The notes under the pieces were generated by a model that worked only from the letters and a program-made list of their open reading frames with translations, was not told where the DNA came from and ran no database searches. A program made the position numbers and the translations under genes. Positions 31,264 to 49,098 of a DNA stretch of 64,000 nt are shown piece by piece. Each line of letters opens with the position of its first letter. Positions within the stretch are counted from its first letter, which is position 1. This DNA is from the human T2T-CHM13v2.0 reference genome, Homo sapiens. The DNA lies in NCBI RefSeq assembly GCF_009914755.1, contig NC_060935.1, one strand, 5' to 3'.

Positions 31264-32130
31264 TCAGATCTTACACTGGCAGCACACAGGGACACAGCAA
31301 CTAGACTGGGAGCAGCAGGGATTGCAGCAACTGGACTGGCAGCAGGATGACCCACAACCTGAGGAGGAGCAGCAGGGCTTACAGCAGCTGGACTGGCAGC
31401 AGTAGGGCTTGCAGCAGCTGGACTGGCAGCAGGATGACCCACAACCTGAGGAGGAGCAGCAGGGCTTACAGCAGCTGGACTGGCAGCAGGATGACCCACA
31501 GCCTGAAGAGCAGCAGCAGGGCTTACAGCAGCTGCACTGGGAGCAGCCACAAGAGCCACAGCCTCCTTTGGAGCCCCCACAGGAGCCACAGCCCCCCTTG
31601 GAACCCCCACAGGAGCCACAGCCCCCCTTGGAGCCCCCACAGGAGCCACAGCCCCCCTTGGACCCCCCACAGGAGACACAGCCCCCCTTGGAACCCCCAC
31701 AGGAGCCACAGCCCCCCTTGGAACCCCCACAGGAGACACAGCCCCCCTTGGAGCCCCCACAGGAGCCACAGCCCCCCTTGGAACCCCCACAGGAGCCACA
31801 GCCCCCCTTGGAGCCCCCACAGGAGCCACAGCCCCCCTTGGAACCCCCACAGGAGACACAGCCCCCCTTGGAACCCCCACAAGAGCCATAGCCCCCCTTG
31901 GAGCCCCCACAGGAGCCACAGCTGGAGCAGGAACAGGCTGGCACACAGCAGCACACAGGTTTGCAGCAGCAGATGGGCACACAGCAGCTGGAGCCACAGC
32001 CCCCACAGCCGGAGCCACAGCCCCCACAGCCGGAACCACAGCCCCCACAGCCAGAGCCACAGCCCCCACAGCCGGAGCCACAGCCCCCACAGCCGGAGCC
32101 ACAGCCTCCAGAGCAGCCACAGCAGCCCAT
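31264..32130 (-). CDS. KRTAP5-4: Keratin-associated protein 5-4, 288 aa, with 12 tandem 30-nt [10 protein letters not shown] units
   Basis: [10 protein letters not shown]...CCQCKI. 30-bp coding repeat array at about 31561-31920, variant TATA (TATAAG) at 32214-32219, position in the cluster. Confidence 0.92.
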   Translation of the reverse strand: MGCCGCSGGCGSGCGGCGSGCGGCGSGCGGCGSGCGGCGSGCGGCGSSCCVPICCCKPVCCCVPACSCSSCGSCGGSKGGYGSCGGSKGGCVSCGGSKGGCGSCGGSKGGCGSCGGSKGGCGSCGGSKGGCVSCGGSKGGCGSCGGSKGGCVSCGGSKGGCGSCGGSKGGCGSCGGSKGGCGSCGGSKGGCGSCGCSQCSCCKPCCCSSGCGSSCCQSSCCKPCCSSSGCGSSCCQSSCCKPYCCQSSCCKPCCSSSGCGSSCCQSSCCNPCCSQSSCCVPVCCQCKI

Positions 32131-32370
32131 GGTTCTGGTGGATTGAGGGTGGAGCAGGTAGAGGAGCAGATGAGATGGAGGTGCAGGTGTGGAGCCCCCT
32201 GAGCCTGGACCCCCTTATATCCCTGGGTAGGGTTGCTCTGAGACCTTGGTCACTCCATCATTCCCAGCACTTCCTGGGTATGTGATTATTTGTTTGCTGG
32301 ACTTCGGGTTCTCATTGGCCTGATCCAACACCCACCTGCTTATGTTTCTAAATGTAGCCACTTCCTCCTT
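32131..32370 (-). promoter_or_regulatory. KRTAP5-4 proximal promoter and 5' leader
   Basis: ATATAAGG variant TATA; CCAGGAAGTG ETS-like site (rc of about 32268-32277); TTTCTAAAT at 32345-32353. Confidence 0.8.
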
Positions 32371-32851
32371 GGAACTGGACCTTGTACTGAACTGATCACC
32401 TGCCTTCTGTTTTCCTCATGTGATGGGCAGAGGATGGGTTTTCTACAAAGATCATTTTGGTTGTTTTCTTCCCATCTTTTCTTCCCACCTATGGCATTAT
32501 ATTTTTCTTTGAAACTGTGAACTTTGTGTGAAGAGAATTTTTTAAAAACTAAGCTTTCATCCATATAATTAAAGAGGCTAATTGAGGAACCAACGTTGTA
32601 TCTTGGTTCTGTCTTAACACATTGGTGCACTGCAGTGAATCTCTCCTCCGCCAGCCTCAGGTCGTGGGGTGCTCAGGACTCCTGGCTGCTGCATACACAG
32701 CCTCACGTGGTGAGTATTGTTTATGTTAAAAATCTCAGGAATTTCATGGGTGGATGGGGGATCTCATTTATCATCCTGTTGTTAATCTCTTCAATTAACT
32801 ATTAGTGAGGGTGATTCTTTTACTCCAATATAAATTATATACTTTTTTATT

Positions 32852-33709
<858 letters not shown>

Positions 33710-34385
33710 TTATCTGGAAGAGGCGAGAGAGGGGTTATAGGTTCCGTCGTTCCCATTGCTAATGGGAGCTGTGGGGCAGGGGACTGAGAGAAACCCACAG
33801 AGAGGGAAGTGCCTGCTGTGCTGAAAATGGCTTCTTCCTAGGGAACACACTGGGTCAGAGGATGCAGCCCTGTGTGGCAACAGTTCACGCCTCCCGACTA
33901 GGCGCGGTGAGGCTGGGATGGGGACACTTCATAAGACCTGGATTGTGAGCACAGAGCCCAGGCATCCTAACAAAGCTGTCCCCCACCAGCCCTGCGCGAG
34001 GCCGCACTGGACATGAGCAGACCATCACGCACCCCAGGTGCTCACCAGAGCTTGGCAGCTCCGCCCTCAGGTGCTGGGTAAAGGGAACCAGGAGCATCCC
34101 ATTTTGTTTCAACATAGGTAGAAGATCTAGACAGGATTGGCCAAACCCAAGAGAGGTAACATGAGATTCTGTAACAGCTATGAAAACAAACCTTAAAAAA
34201 CAAAAGGAGGAGGAAAGGAAGGAGACAAACCTTTCTAAGCAAACTTGTCATCCGGGAGACAAAAGTAGATTTCCTGCAAATGGTTGAGTTATGCAACAAA
34301 TAATAACAAATATGGCAGCAAATTACAAATATGGCATACTAACTTTAATAGGGCTCTCAGTTGAGATGGTAAAATTATAGAGTAA

Positions 34386-34704
<319 letters not shown>

Positions 34705-35647
34705 TAAGTTTTAAAAGGAAGAGCGGAGGCCTCAGGGAATAAATGAGCACCAGAAGTCATTACAGTTCGAGTCGGTGATTAGGAAGAGTGAGGGGCAGAA
34801 CGGAGGTGGCTGGGACTTGGGTCGCTGGCATCCGAGAAGGGCGCGAGATGCTCACAGTGTGGCTAAAGCACAAAGCCGTGGAATCAGCCAGAGAGAGGCT
34901 GGCGAACGGGGAGGACAGGAAAGCTGCAGCATCGGTGTAAGCAGTGGAGGCTTTAACAAATGGAGCAGAAAGCAGATTCAAAGGCCAGAAAAATGCACCA
35001 TGACCCGCAGGAAGATCTGAAAGTTTAGCCCCAAAGAGCGTAACATGCTCCAGGAAAGAATGAAGGCGGAATGCTGAGTACTGAGCCCGTGGTGGTTTGG
35101 TGACAGAACTCCAAAGGCTGAATCAACATTGCCGCTTCTGCAAATCCCTGGCCAGTCTGCCGTGGCTGTCAGGGCTGAGGAGGGTGCTCATAGCTAGCTG
35201 CTCCTAGATGCTCCTCGGAGAGGTCATAAACCCAAAGATAGGGGATCAATTTCTCCAAAAAGGACAAAACCAAAACATGACCCAAGAACATGGTGACAAA
35301 ACGTCCTTCAAATAGAAGAAAACAGGAACACAGCCTCCAAAATGGCAGAAATCTAAGACGACAGCACCTGGGACTCGGGAAAATCATATGGACCCTACAC
35401 AATTGGGATTCATTCCAATTAAAGGAGTGAGGCAGGGATAGGCAAGGCAGGAAGGGCTGAGGACAGTAGAATGAAGACCAACATTGAGTAATTAACTACA
35501 CGGGCGATGGTGAGTTACGGAGCCCACCTGCATTCCCAGAGAGAAAAATTAACCTGATGACATCTCTGCTCTCCACCTCCTCAGGCCCCTTCCACAACCT
35601 CCAGGTGGGTGGGGGTTAGAGCCATGGAAGGACCCGGTGACCTAGGG

Positions 35648-35984
35648 CAGGGGTCCCCAACCCTCAGGCCACAGTCCATGGCCTGTTAGGAACCAGGCCA
35701 CACAGCAGGAGGTGAGTGGAAGGCGTGCAAGCATGACCTCCTGAGCTGCACCTCCCGTCCCTTCAGCCGCCACATTCGATTCTCATAGGAGCCAGAACCC
35801 TACTGTCAAGTGCGCACGCGAGGGATCTAGGGTGCGTGCTCCTTACGAGAATCTAACTAATCCCTAATGATCTGAGATGGAAGAGTTTCATCCTGAAACC
35901 AGCCCCCACCCACCCCCCGGGTCCGTGGAAAAATTTTCCTCTACAAAACCGGTTCCTCGTGCCAAAAGAAGGTGGTGGTTGCTG
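35648..35984 (+). mobile_element. MER1B-like hAT-Charlie DNA transposon
   Basis: CAGGGGTCCCCAACCC...CTG termini; internal GATTCTCATAGGAGC and GAGAATCTAACTAAT; imperfect 8-bp TSD ACCTAGGG/CCCTCGGG. Confidence 0.88.
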
Positions 35985-36730
35985 CCCTCGGGTGCTCTTG
36001 AAAATGGCCCTGCATTGTGGCTGGGCTGCTGTCTCCCTGGTGGGCGGCGATCCTGGCCCCTCACCACACCCGTGGGCCAGCACTGTCTCTACCATCTCGT
36101 GGGTGCTACTGTTTCCATACTTTTCTTATTTTTATATTTTCCTTTTCGTAGGCTTTTAGATTCTCTTTTCTTGCTTCTATGGACTTGCTGAAGCTTCTTT
36201 CTTCCTTTCTCCTCTTTTTCTGCTGGTTTGCACTGATGTTTCTGTTTCTACTTTTCCCCAGTGGTGACTGTGAACATTTTAACATGCATGTTTAACGCAG
36301 TCTGAGATCAGCCACTATCTTCCCCTGGCCCCTCACAGAGGCAGGTGCTCCCCTCAGACTAGCATCTCCTGTGTCAACCTGAGTGCCGTCCAGTGTTTCA
36401 GATCCGCCTCCTTCCTGTACCCCCAGCGAGTCATGAGCATCCTACCCTTCATTTCTTCTTTATATACAGCACATTTACCTTCACGAGAACCTCATACTTC
36501 CTTCCGGAAATTATCAATTTGAAGAAGACACTTCTGTCCCTCAGCTCATGGTCAGGCACGCCATAGCTAATTGTTACACCTGCTGAGGTGGACGTGTGAA
36601 TTCTCTCCCTCAAGGCACTTTTGTAATGAGTTACAATGATACATTTCCTGACGGTGAGCCATCTTAACATTCTTGGAACAAACCCTACTTATGACTTGCT
36701 ATTTTTAAATAATCATATTGGAGTCTTTAA

Positions 36731-37118
<388 letters not shown>

Positions 37119-38317
37119 CTTTTCATTCTTCTCTGTCAGGCCCCAAATGTTCCTGGGTGGTTCTGGCTGGGGGTCTGAGGCTGCATCCCCTGAAGGCTCG
37201 GCTGGTATTGGACCCACTTCCAGGATGGTACATGCCTTGGCTTGTGGGTGGGAGGCCTCAGCTTCTCACCTGCAGGCCTCTCCACAGGGCTGCTATTGGC
37301 ACAGGATCTGGCTTCACCCAGAAGGAGTAGTACTGAGAGAGAGAGAGAGACAGAGAGACAGAGAGACAGAGAGAGACAGAGAGAGAGGCAAGTGTTGTAC
37401 CACCCTTCATGTCCTAGCCTCCAAGCCCCGTGCCATCATGCTGTCTGCCGTCTTCGTCGCGAGAAACATACTGTGCTGCTGGCCTTCTCCTTGTTGCTTC
37501 TTCTGCAAGTCCTTCTGCTGGAGCCTTCTCTGCTGTGCGGCATCAGCCAGCACTTTACTATCCCAGGAAAAACCGCCCCTGAGCCTTCCTCTCATCTGAG
37601 TGTGGTTTCAGGTGGTGGAGGAGTGAAAATCTGTGGGGTCAGCCTAGCTCGTTTTAGGAGGAGAAATCCTTCCAGCTCTCTCTTACCTGGTGCCCCCTTT
37701 TCTGTTGGGTTCTTGATCTGGAGCCTACAGATACAGGTGGACATCAGATCCTGTCTGGATACTGCACAGTTTTATGTAAAGTTGTGTGTTTTTGTGCATG
37801 TTTGTAGACTTGTTTAAAGAGAGGCTCTGTAAAATTCCACAGAGGAATCTACGAACCCACAGTAGTTAAGAATGGGTCTGCAGAGGTAGTTCCTAATGTG
37901 GAGCACAGGAGCAAAGTCTACAACATACTCATGTCTGCTTTACGCTGAAAAGGTGAAAAAAATTAAAATTAACTAAAATTAAAATAGCAAATGACTAGAC
38001 AGGAGCATATGCACCTTATATAATACACACATTTCAGGGGGCATTTGCTCAAAAGCTACATAATCGTGGGGTGCCCCACGGGACAGGGTGAGACCACTGC
38101 CATGTTGATTGTTCCATCAGAGCATTGTAAGAGGCCCTCTGATGATCCTCTTTGCCCAACTCAGCGAACCCGAAGGTCATCAATGGACCACGAAGAACAA
38201 AGGCCCATGAAAGGGAAGATGTTCCCAAAGTACAAAAGGAAAAGTCCTCTTGTACCCGAGGGAAGGAGCTGATCCAAGGGTGTCACTAGGAGTCAGCGCG
38301 GGTGTTGATACATTACT

Positions 38318-38533
38318 TCAGGGGCTGGAGGCAAATATACGAGGTACTGGAAGCAAATGTATCAAGCACTGGGACAAATGTATCAGGCGCTGGATGCAAA
38401 TGTATCAGGCACTGGATGCGAATGTATCAGGCGCTGGATGCGAATGTATCAGGCGCTGGATGCGAATGTATCAGGCGCTGGATGCGAACGTATCAGGCGC
38501 TGGATGCGAATGTATCAGGAAGCAAATGTATCT
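38318..38533. repeat. 22-bp minisatellite (AATGTATCAGGCGCTGGATGCG), about 9 units
   Basis: Near-perfect core at about 38377-38519 with degenerate flanking units. Confidence 0.95.
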
Positions 38534-39629
38534 GTTGCCTCTGTTCCAGAGCTGGAGGATGCCGCCTCTGGTGGGGACAGCCAACACAAGGCGGCTCTCT
38601 CCTAATGGGGTTTCTGTTCCTCCCTGAGATACAGTCCCCTGCCCCAGAACAGAGTGGGGCTCCAGCATACACGGCAAGAGTCACCGAGTGCCAGCTGGTG
38701 TTTACACCGTGGCCTGAGGCCTGTTGACTGGGCTCGGGGCACTCACAGGTATTGTGGTCACGGGGGCAAATGGCCATCCGGTTCCCTGCTCTCCACCGGC
38801 TTTCTTTAGCATCCAGTGGGCCTGCACCCGAATGTAGTTGCTGCTTCCCAGGCTGAGCCCGGGACCTGGAGCAGGCGGGCACCCAGACAGGGCATCCTCT
38901 TCCGCTCACTGGCCCTGAAAGGGCCTCTGCCATCAGCCTGTGCCGCTGTCCGGGAGCCCCTGGGCCGGCCACGCAGTGGGGGAACCCGCTTCACAGCGAC
39001 ACCGTGCGGCGGCAGGAGGAACCGCTGCAGGAGACAATGCGATCTGGGTCCTGACCCAGCGCAGAGGCAGTGTCTGCCCCTTGCAATGCTTGGATTTCCT
39101 TCCTCAAAAGGCAGCCTTCGATGATCTGAAATTCAAGTTCCAGCAGGCATCCTGTACTGTATCTGTCAGCCCTGCCACCCGAGTGGTCTGAAAGCCCTGG
39201 AAGAGACCGCGGTTATCACAGGAGAACACTTTCCATGGGGAGCACGCAGCAAGCTCCAGAATAAGCGCTTAAAATCCGCGTCTCAGTCAACACTGCAAAC
39301 CTTCCAACAAAGTCTTACACCGAAAAGGACCCTGCTGAGCTGAGGGCTGAAGCCCCAGGTCCTGGGACCCTTGGAAACAGCCCGCGGGCCAGGAGCTGCT
39401 GTGGACCGTGAAGGTGTAGGGCCTAGGCACTTCCCAAGCAAGACACGATGCTCCCGCAGAGGAATCTTCCCGGGAGCAAGCCAGGAGTCCTGGGCTCAAA
39501 ATCACCCTCGGCAAGACCAAGGCCTCTGAGCGAGCCACTGCCTGCCCATCGCTTCCTTCTTGTCACATGGAAAGGGAAACTCACCGCGGGGCCAGTGTTT
39601 ACTGAGGGGCCGCTTCCATCACAGACCTG

Positions 39630-39858
39630 ACAGCACATTCGAGAAAAGTGCGAGGAAAACAGGAGTTATTTATAAAAATGTAAAGCAGAAGAGAATACTG
39701 GGACCAGTGGCACAAGCAGGAACCAGGAAGTGACAGTGTGCCCAGCCTCTCACCTGACCCTGGACAGGGATATAAAGAGCCCGGGCTCAGGGGGCTCCAC
39801 ACCTGCACCTCCCTCTCACCTGCTCCTCTACCTGCTCCACCCTCAATCCACCAGAACC
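39630..39858 (+). promoter_or_regulatory. KRTAP5-5 proximal promoter and 5' leader
   Basis: TATAAA at 39771-39776; CCAGGAAGTG at 39723-39732; TTTATAAAA at about 39669; conserved leader. Confidence 0.85.
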
Positions 39859-40524
39859 ATGGGCTGCTGTGGCTGCTCCGGAGGCTGTGGCTCCGGCTGT
39901 GGAGGCCTTGGCTCCGGCTGTGGGGGCTGTGGCTCCGGCTGTGGAGGCCGTGGCTCCGGCTGTGGGGGCTGTGGCTCCGGCTGTGGAGGCTGTGGCTCCG
40001 GCTGTGGGGGCTGTGGCTCCGGCTGTGGGGGCTGTGGGGGATGTGGCTCCGGCTGCTGTGTGCCTGTCTGCTGCTGCAAGCCCATGTGCTGCTGTGTGCC
40101 AGCTTGTTCCTGCTCCAGCTGTGGCAAAGGGGGCTGTGGCTCTTGCGGGGGCTCCAAGAGAGGCTGTGTCTCCTGTGGGGTGTCCAAGGGGGCCTGTGGC
40201 TCCTGTGGGGGGTCCAAGGGGGGCTGTGGCTCCTGTGGGGGGTCCAAGGGGGGCTGTGGCTCCTGTGGGGGGTCCAAGGGGGGCTGTGGTTCTTATGGCT
40301 GCTCCCAGTGCAGCTGCTGTAAGCCCTGCTGCTGCTCCTCAGGCTGTGGGTCATCCTGCTGCCAGTCCAGCTGCTGTAAGCCTTACTGCTGCCAGTCCAG
40401 CTGCTGTAAGCCCTGTAGCTGCTTCTCAGGCTGTGGATCATCCTGCTGCCAATCCAGCTGCTACAAGCCCTGCTGCTGCCAGTCCAGCTGCTGTGTCCCC
40501 GTGTGCTGCCAGTGTAAGATCTGA
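39859..40524 (+). CDS. KRTAP5-5: Keratin-associated protein 5-5, 221 aa from the Kozak ATG at 39859
   Basis: CCAGAACCATGG start as in the paralogs, TATAAA at 39771-39776, AATAAA at 40876-40881. Divergent from KRTAP5-4, as in the known cluster layout. Confidence 0.92.
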   Translation: MGCCGCSGGCGSGCGGLGSGCGGCGSGCGGRGSGCGGCGSGCGGCGSGCGGCGSGCGGCGGCGSGCCVPVCCCKPMCCCVPACSCSSCGKGGCGSCGGSKRGCVSCGVSKGACGSCGGSKGGCGSCGGSKGGCGSCGGSKGGCGSYGCSQCSCCKPCCCSSGCGSSCCQSSCCKPYCCQSSCCKPCSCFSGCGSSCCQSSCYKPCCCQSSCCVPVCCQCKI

Positions 40525-40875
40525 GGCTCTGACTGCAGACTGCAGGTGGCCTGACTGGTGAAGGGCCCGTCTGCCCAGCTTCCTTGCCCTGGGTTCTCTG
40601 GTGCTCCACTGTCTCCACTGTGTCCTCACTGGCTTCATCCACTCCACACCAGTGCTTCCGAAACTGACTGAGGACCCCTTCTGGCTCATTGCCTACTACT
40701 TCTCCTGAACTTCCTCTCCCTGCTCCTCACTCATTTAAGATCCAAAGCGGCCCACTGAGGCCCCAGAGGCAGATCAGACCCCTTAGACCCTGACAGCTGC
40801 TCCTTCTTTCAGGAGTGTGATCGACCCTCAATCTCTCTGGCTGTCTGTATATCAAGACTGAATCCTGACCCTCTA

Positions 40876-40881
40876 AATAAA
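40876..40881 (+). terminator. Polyadenylation signal, KRTAP5-5
   Basis: AATAAA about 350 nt after the stop, with downstream TGTCTTGTGGTT. Confidence 0.8.
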
Positions 40882-41544
40882 CAAAGTCTCTAAGCACAAA
40901 GCTCACTGTCTTGTGGTTCTCTCCTTCCCACCTCTCTCTCATTCCCAGAAGCACCATCTTCTTGCCTCCACCCCTGGGCCTGTTCCCATTTCTCTCCCCT
41001 CAGCATCTTTCATGTCATGGTCCATGTCTTCATGCACAGAACTAACGTCTATAGCTTTCTGCTCTGGGCCCCTTGTTGTGTTGGGCTCCAGAGATGACAG
41101 AGCAGAGTAAATCCAAGCTCACAGTCTGGTATGTGGGGAGAGGTGGGGAGAGGGAAAGGTGGTGAGGGCGGTGGTGTCAGCCGTGGAGGCACTGCCGTCC
41201 CATGGGAGGGAGGGAAGCTCAGGGCCAGGCCACTTCAGCGGAAGGATGAGGAAGGGTCTGTATGCTGAGCTGTGCGGTACATCAGGCCCTAAGAAGCCCC
41301 TAGTGCATGCAGGAGCCAGACGTGGAGATGCGGAGGAGCTTGGGCTTATCTGCAATCTCACAGGGCCTTGAAAAACCAGACAGGAGAAGGCAGGACTGCA
41401 CACAACGCCAGCTGCGGGACACAAGCTCGAAGGCAGCCGGGAGTTGAATAGATCCCCACCTCCAAAAAAAAATTCCAGAGCTGGGGGAGCCCAAATGCCC
41501 AGTGCCTTCTAAGGCAACCTAGTCTGGAGACAAGCTTTCTTTCA

Positions 41545-42192
41545 GCTTTTATTTTGGGTTCAGGGCTGCATGTGCAGGCTTGCCATATAGATGAATTGCA
41601 TGTCATGGGGGTTTGGTGTATAGATTATTTCATCAACCAGGTAATGAGCATAGTACCCAATAGGTGACTTTTTGATCCTCACCCTCCTCCTGCCCCCGCC
41701 ACCCCCGCCAAATGCACCACAGTGCTGTTGTTCCCTTGTGTTCCTATGTACTCAGTGCTCAGGTCTGACTCATAAGTGGGAACACGCGATATTTGGTTTT
41801 CTGTTCCTGCATTAGTTTGTGAAGGATATTGACCTCCAGCTCCATTCATGTCCCTGCAAAGGACATGATCTCATTCTTTTTGATGGCTGCACAGTATTCC
41901 ATGGTGTATAAGTACCACATTTTCTTTATCCAGTCTGTCATTGATGGACATTAGGACGTTACGTGAAGATGAAGGTAGAGGTTGGGGTGATGCTTCTATA
42001 AGTCACAGAGGACCAAGGGTTGCCAGCAAGACCCAGAAGCTAGAAGAGACCAGAACAGAGGCTCTGTTGCAGCCCCAGAAGGAACCAGCCCTGCCCACCC
42101 CTGCATCTCAGACTTCTGGCCCCCAGGATTGGGAGAGGGATGTTTCTGTCATTTGTGGTCCTTTGTTAGGGCTGCCCCAGGAAGCGAGTACA
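41545..42192. mobile_element. L1PA-type 3' end (-, about 41545-41952) followed by an MLT1 fragment
   Basis: CCTGCAAAGGACATGATCTCATTCTTTTT...CACATTTTCTTTATCCAGTC, then MLT1-like CCAGAAGCTAGAAGAG. Confidence 0.8.
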
Positions 42193-42803
42193 AGCGGTGG
42201 CTCAGTCAGAGCAGGAAAAGCAGTCATTCAGGGTATTTTCTGTCGGGGGGATCTAGAGTGGAAATCAGAAGCTTATGTTCTCGATGGCAGCTCTGGGACC
42301 TGGACTTCCTGGAAGGACTCCAGCTGTCCACAGCAGGGGCCCCTGGAGACCTCAGGTTTCCAAGCTGTCCTGGAACCCTGAGCTCCAGTGCACCTGCCAT
42401 GTGGTCCAGGGACAGGGAGCCACCTCACCGCCACCTCTGCCACAGCCACCTCAGGGCGTCCACAGGCTGGTGACAGCACTGGGGTGTGCGTCTACCCAAG
42501 CCTTTCTCTGGGGAAGCAGGTGACCAGCTGCAGCGGAAGCCACAGGTGCACAGCTCGCCCTCATGCGCAGCAGCACTTGAGCCCTGGCATGGGCCTCTGC
42601 CTGCCTTCCCTTCCAGACCTGGGGAAAGGCATTCGATTGGCAGGACCTCATTCTCACCCTGGCCTTGGAATTGACATTTTTATCTTCTAGCTCATGCAGT
42701 GTAGACAGGACCGGAGGAGGGGGTGGAGACTCTGTGGGTGGGGCTCGCCTACTTCCTGCCTTTTCCCCCCTCAATTATCCCCCCACTAAGGCTTCTGTAG
42801 CCC

Positions 42804-43442
42804 TGTTACTGTACCCAGGGAGGGTGTCCAGGATCTTGGCTTCTCAAACAAAGAATTGGACAAAACGCACAAATAAAGCGAGGAGAGCAAAAGCTGGGAT
42901 TTATTGAGAAGGAAAGTGCACTCCACAGTGTGGGAGCAGCCGAGCGGAATTCATTGCAAAGGAGAAAGAATGTTGTGGAAGTGAGGTGCAGAACAGACAG
43001 GATGCCCTGGGCGAGACAGGGTGCAGGGCGGGCTGCTCACAAGGATGAGAAGCAGAGACCGGCCTGAGGGAGGCTCCCTTTATGGGACTCTTCCATGATT
43101 ATTCCTAAGGAGCTGGGAAGAGGTGTTGCTAGGAAGCATGTTCTGGGTGGTCCTCTGGGTGCATGTGTGCAGTAGCTGTACACGCTTGTTCATACCATTC
43201 ATGTCTCATTAGCATCTTAAATCTCCACCCAGAGATGTGCTTTATACTATTATAAGGGCCCCGTTAAAGAGTTTTTGTGAGTTTAAATACCCTGTACTGG
43301 AGGTCCGCCCTATGTAAATGAAGAGAATGAAGTTACAAAGTCATTTGTTCGCTGTGTGCCCATGGGGAGGACATGTCCTGTCATAGCTGAAGTGCGAATC
43401 CGCCTTATGTTCCCTGCCTCCAGACCGTATTTTCCTGCCTCA
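42804..43442 (-). mobile_element. MER61-like solo ERV1 LTR interrupted by a 312-bp insert
   Basis: The reverse complement begins TGAGGCAGGAAAATACGGTCTGGAGGCAGGGAACATAAGG and ends GTAACA; flanks GCCC/GTCC. Confidence 0.82.
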
Positions 43443-43444
43443 GT

Positions 43445-45035
<1,591 letters not shown>

Positions 45036-45171
45036 GCCCACGGTGATGGATTAGAGGTGGAGATCTCATTAGGAACTCACGCTCAGCTTCGTACAGACAC
45101 AGATGGTCACACACAAACACCTGCAGATGTGTGCAGACGTGGTTAGGATGCACACGTATGTCCTGTTGCTC

Positions 45172-45772
45172 TGTCAGTGGAGAGTGTTGACAGCTGTTGT
45201 GAGACCTCGGTTCTTGTCTTCTTAGTTTAAAATAATTTAAACAAGACACACAGGAGATGCAGCACAGAGGAATTCATTGCAAAGGAGAAAGAATGTTGTG
45301 GAAGTGAGGTGCAGAACAGACAGGATGCCCTGGGCGAGACAGGGTGCAGGGCGGGCTGCTCACAAGGATGAGAAGCAGAGACCGGCCTGAGGGAGGCTCC
45401 CTTTATGGGACTCTTCCATGATTATTCCTAAGGAGCTGGGAAGAGGTGTTGCTAGGAAGCATGTTCTGGGTGGTCCTCTGGGTGCATGTGTGCAGTAGCT
45501 GTACACGCTTGTTCATACCATTCATGTCTCATTAGCATCTTAAATCTCCACCCAGGGATGTGCTTTATACTATTATAAGGAGCAAAGGGTCAGAGTGAGG
45601 ACAGGTAAAATCAAAATGTGCATGCTCTCTACGGGGGAAATTCCCTCCTGAGATAGCTTTGTTCGAATGAGCTCAATGACAACATGAATGGGGAGGCTTG
45701 TTGCCTTGGCCCAGTGGTCACTACGGTTGCTGCGAGGAGATGGCCACTTCCTTGACAACCTCTCCTGCCTCA
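45172..45772 (-). mobile_element. MER50-like solo ERV1 LTR
   Basis: The reverse complement begins TGAGGCAGGAGAGGTTGTCAAGGAAGTGGCCAT; contains GGGTGGAGATTTAAGATGCTAATGAGAC. Confidence 0.8.
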
Positions 45773-45779
45773 AGAGGGC

Positions 45780-47620
<1,841 letters not shown>

Positions 47621-48124
47621 TTAGACTCCCATGAAACTGATTTCTTTGAAGAATTAATTTTTTTAAAAAAAATTTCTCCACAAGAATCACCAGGTCTACA
47701 TGCGCTGACATTTATCATTTAAAACAATTTATCAGAAACTAATCCTAATGTTGTCACAGCCTGTAAGATACCTTTACTGCTCCAATAACAGCTGTATCAG
47801 CACAAAGATTCTTCTCAAAGGTCATCAAAAATTATTTGAGATCTTGCATTTGCCAAAAAAGACTGAAATAACTTTCAGTTATGTCAAAACCGAAAATGAA
47901 ATTTCTGAAGTATCCATTTTGATGATCTAATAAATGAATTTGCAGAAAAAATTGGAAAAATCATAAACATCCTATTAATAAAATATTATTTATTATATAA
48001 AATTCTGAATCCAAAATTATTGTTTTGTAGTTTGTAAATTGGTGTTGTTACTTGGCACCACTATCACCCCTATTTATTGTGTAAGTGATAAAATCATTCC
48101 TAAAGGGGAAAGCTTTCACTGTGG

Positions 48125-49098
<974 letters not shown>

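Noticed and set aside
31409-32146. Antisense Pro/Gln/Glu-repeat ORFs resembling SPRR/involucrin
   Set aside because: They mirror the Cys/Gly codons, start at non-ATG codons, and have no promoter on that strand that I can see.
38318-38533. CRISPR-like array
   Set aside because: Contiguous tandem units with no spacers, no cas genes, and a mammalian context.
39730-39858. 43-aa N-terminal extension of KRTAP5-5 in the ORF track
   Set aside because: It starts at a GTG upstream of the TATA box; the paralogs start at the Kozak ATG equivalent to 39859.
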